Shown here in pieces: positions 61,201 to 64,000 of a stretch of DNA of 64,000 nt. Made by a program: the position numbers and the translations under genes. The DNA comes from Lingula anatina (taxonomy: Eukaryota; Animalia; Brachiopoda), in assembly GCA_051362555.1 (NCBI GenBank), contig CM120640.1, positions 45,052,788 to 45,116,787 of the forward strand. The letters are read 5' to 3'. The notes beneath the pieces are model-generated. The model searched no databases. It saw only the letters and a list, made by a program, of their open reading frames with translations, and was not told where the DNA came from. How positions within the stretch are numbered: position 1 is the stretch's first letter; every line of letters starts with the position of its first letter.

Positions 61201-64000
61201 TCACCCTAGAAGAAAAAACCTGCTAGCTTTGTCTGCGATCTAATAGCAAATAATGATTGGGTTTTTTATTCATTATTTTATTTATTCATATTTTGATTGA
61301 AACAGCCTAAGATTTTTAGACAGAACTGTTTTAAATCTTGTTCACTTTCTTGACCAATAAGATAAATGGCCAAATTATTGTCAGATTATTTGGGAAAAAA
61401 TCAATTTTCAGATTTTTTTTCTTTATTATCAGTAAGAGCTGCATGGTGCAAGATTAATGATGCTTGAATGACAAAACATTGTTTTTTTTTTCTCTCTCTC
61501 TCTAATGTAAATAATAGTCAAATTAAATTGTCATGTGCTTGAATAACAAAATCTTTGCTCTACAGCAACAGTGTAAGAATTGTCATTAAAATGTTTTGGT
61601 AGATAATAGGTTTGTTTTTGCCCTGACAACACAGTATCTTCTATTTTAATGTTCTATAAGCAATACTTATCAAAAACTGGCATATCTCTACATATGCATT
61701 GGAATGTCAAATTGAATGTTAAGGACAGCCAGGCATGTGAATATATAAGTATAAATATATAGTATGGATGGGTGGAAAGGGGTCAGTGTGGGTGAGACTT
61801 CCAGAAGTGCCTGGAGTTTTAGATTCTCTGATATGCAGGCAGTGTGTCACTAAAAATAAAGATAACTGGGGCTCGCCAGCTCTTTTCCAGCAGAAATGTT
61901 AAGACGTGATGTGGAAAATGTCACTGTTTTGTCATAAACATATATATATATATATATGCAATTTGGCAAAAACTTCAGATTCTGTCAATTTTTTCTAGAA
62001 CTGTGACATCGTCATTTAAGATGTCTCTGCTAAGGTTTCTTCAGGAAAGTGAGGTTGCATGGCTGTACCTTGCCATTTAGTGGTATAGAAATGGCTAACC
62101 CTGCAGAAGGGATTGAAACCTCTGTCTTGGAGACATGAAACAATAACACTACTTTGTATATCAGGTTAACTGATTGAAGATAATATAGCACTAGCTCTTC
62201 AGATGTCTCTGTCAACTCGTTTAAAATGAGTGATGCTCTGGTACAGATAAAAATAAAACTGTCATTTAATGTCACATCCGAACAATAGCCTCAGAAAAAG
62301 GCAGAGCAGAAGTACATGTAACTTGCTATTGATGATGATAAAAAATAGACATCACTAGACATTTGTAATCTCTTCATTGAAAACCCTGAAATGTCAATTG
62401 ATAGGTTATATAATCATACTTGTACCTAAAATGTATTGATAGATAGTTCTCTATCTCATGCTCAAGTCCCTGCACACTGTACTGTTACTTGACACATAGC
62501 CAGTAGCATTAACTGTGTGTCAAAAGTTAAACCACTAAAGCTTTAAAAAGATCATGAGGGACTAACCAGTTGCTAATAATCTGTTTACAGTGGTCCCATT
62601 AAAGCTGAATAGCAGGCAACCAGGGTTATTTATATGAGATAACAAAATAGGAGCCCCTTGATTTCCTATGAAAAAAAATAGTAGGTCATGGTGGATAAAA
62701 AATATGAAAACTGCAAAGTATTATTGAACTGTTAGTATTGTTTTTCTATTATTTAGATAGATGACATATGTGATATCTGATGCATTAAACAGTTTATTAT
62801 ACATTCGAAGTATGCTGTTAAAAGGTGTGAAGAACTGCTTAACCTGTACCTTGTACATTTTTTTCAAGAAAGTCCAATGAACTTGGCCAATCCGTCATTA
62901 TTACTTACGTCTGAAATTCTACCATCTTTTTTTCTTTGATTACGTGTTCTTTAAGCAAGCATATATTGTCTAAGACATTTTTTATTGCCTTCTCTGTCAG
63001 GTTTATATTACTCTATGACATTTGGGCAATGCTTCATTTCATTAGTGTCCTTGTATTGGTAACTGTGAAGAATTCAGCTGCCAGATAGGAAGTGTGGATT
63101 TCCAGACATATTTGTCAGTGGGTGAAACCTTAGAATGCCTGAGTCACTCATTAGAAGGCTTAAGCTTTCAACACTCTCATTCATTATGTATTATAAAACT
63201 TTCTTATATCAAATCTTACAATCAAAATAAAGATACATATACACCCCACCCTTTTTATCATAAGATTTCTTAGAAGAAAGTTAATTTAAAGTGAAATAAG
63301 GTTTTATGTTTTGATCACAAATGTTTATTCAAAATGATAAGAATGATTTTTTGTTTTTTCATTTTTATTCAAATTCAGCAACACTGTGGTAACAGGCTGT
63401 GGCATACTATGAAAAAATTTTTATGAACACAATTTCTCTAAAGAAGCATTTGAAATTATCATCTGAGTCAAACTTTGTTTGAAAATGTATTTAATATATT
63501 AACTTAAAGCGAATAGAATGTTTCAAAAAGAATGAGGGAATTTCACAAATCGAGTGAGGAATGCTTTAGAAATGTGCTTATTTATATTTGCCATATTTGT
63601 TTCTGTGGAATTTTAAGGCAGTTACATAAGTTGATTTCACAGCCTGGAGCTTTCAGTAATTTTGATAATTTGAATTGAGATAATGTCACTCGAGCAGCAT
63701 CTTTATGTTCTGCAACATGTTATCCTTTATGCTTCATATGCTAGATGCTCCATTGGCAATTAAAATTCCTGTTTTTATGATAATTGATACAGTTAAAAGT
63801 GTAGACATTCACAGGAAATGATAATGAAAAAGCAGGCACGAGTGGGCTATGTGCTTATGTACTCATTAATGTATGTTTTTAACTACCAAAAACCTGAATG
63901 CTTATGTACCACATTAAACTACTTGCAACAGACAGTTTTTGATACACCTGGAGTAAAGCTGTAGTAAATTGAGGGGCACAAACAACTCTATCTGCTCTCT

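Noticed and set aside
62909-62925. Minus-strand ATG...AC|gtaagt as a Runx P1 exon
   Set aside because: It ends in phase 2, which is incompatible with the acceptor.
57000-64000. Second coding exon of SUPT3H
   Set aside because: I found no acceptor followed by a YxxGD...E...EDIV-like sequence. The exon presumably lies beyond the window.

Overview
AT-rich, intron-rich animal genomic DNA. It is probably an invertebrate such as a mollusc or other lophotrochozoan, which I infer from the repeat families and protein divergence; the species cannot be determined. I reconstructed four spliced genes by hand. (1) The last three exons of TSG101 (+). (2) A complete 33-exon ARFGEF3/BIG3 (+, 3205-35126, about 2119 aa). 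(3) A complete 5-exon RUNX (-, 52458-39784, about 528 aa, Runt domain and terminal VWRPY), convergent with BIG3. (4) The first coding exon of SUPT3H (+, 56880-56998), which is absent from the ORF track and lies head-to-head with RUNX across a CpG-rich promoter region. This is the ancient Runx-Supt3h linkage. RUNX also carries an internal splice acceptor at MHLPI/D, the position where vertebrate P1 transcripts splice in. BIG3 introns hold many non-autonomous elements: Harbinger-type MITEs (one with a nested TA-flanked element), a Helentron/HINE-like element with satellite-like arrays, and two DIRS/Ngaro-like gag relics. A MITE with a 9-bp TSD lies between TSG101 and BIG3. All coordinates and counts were done by eye and no database searches were run.
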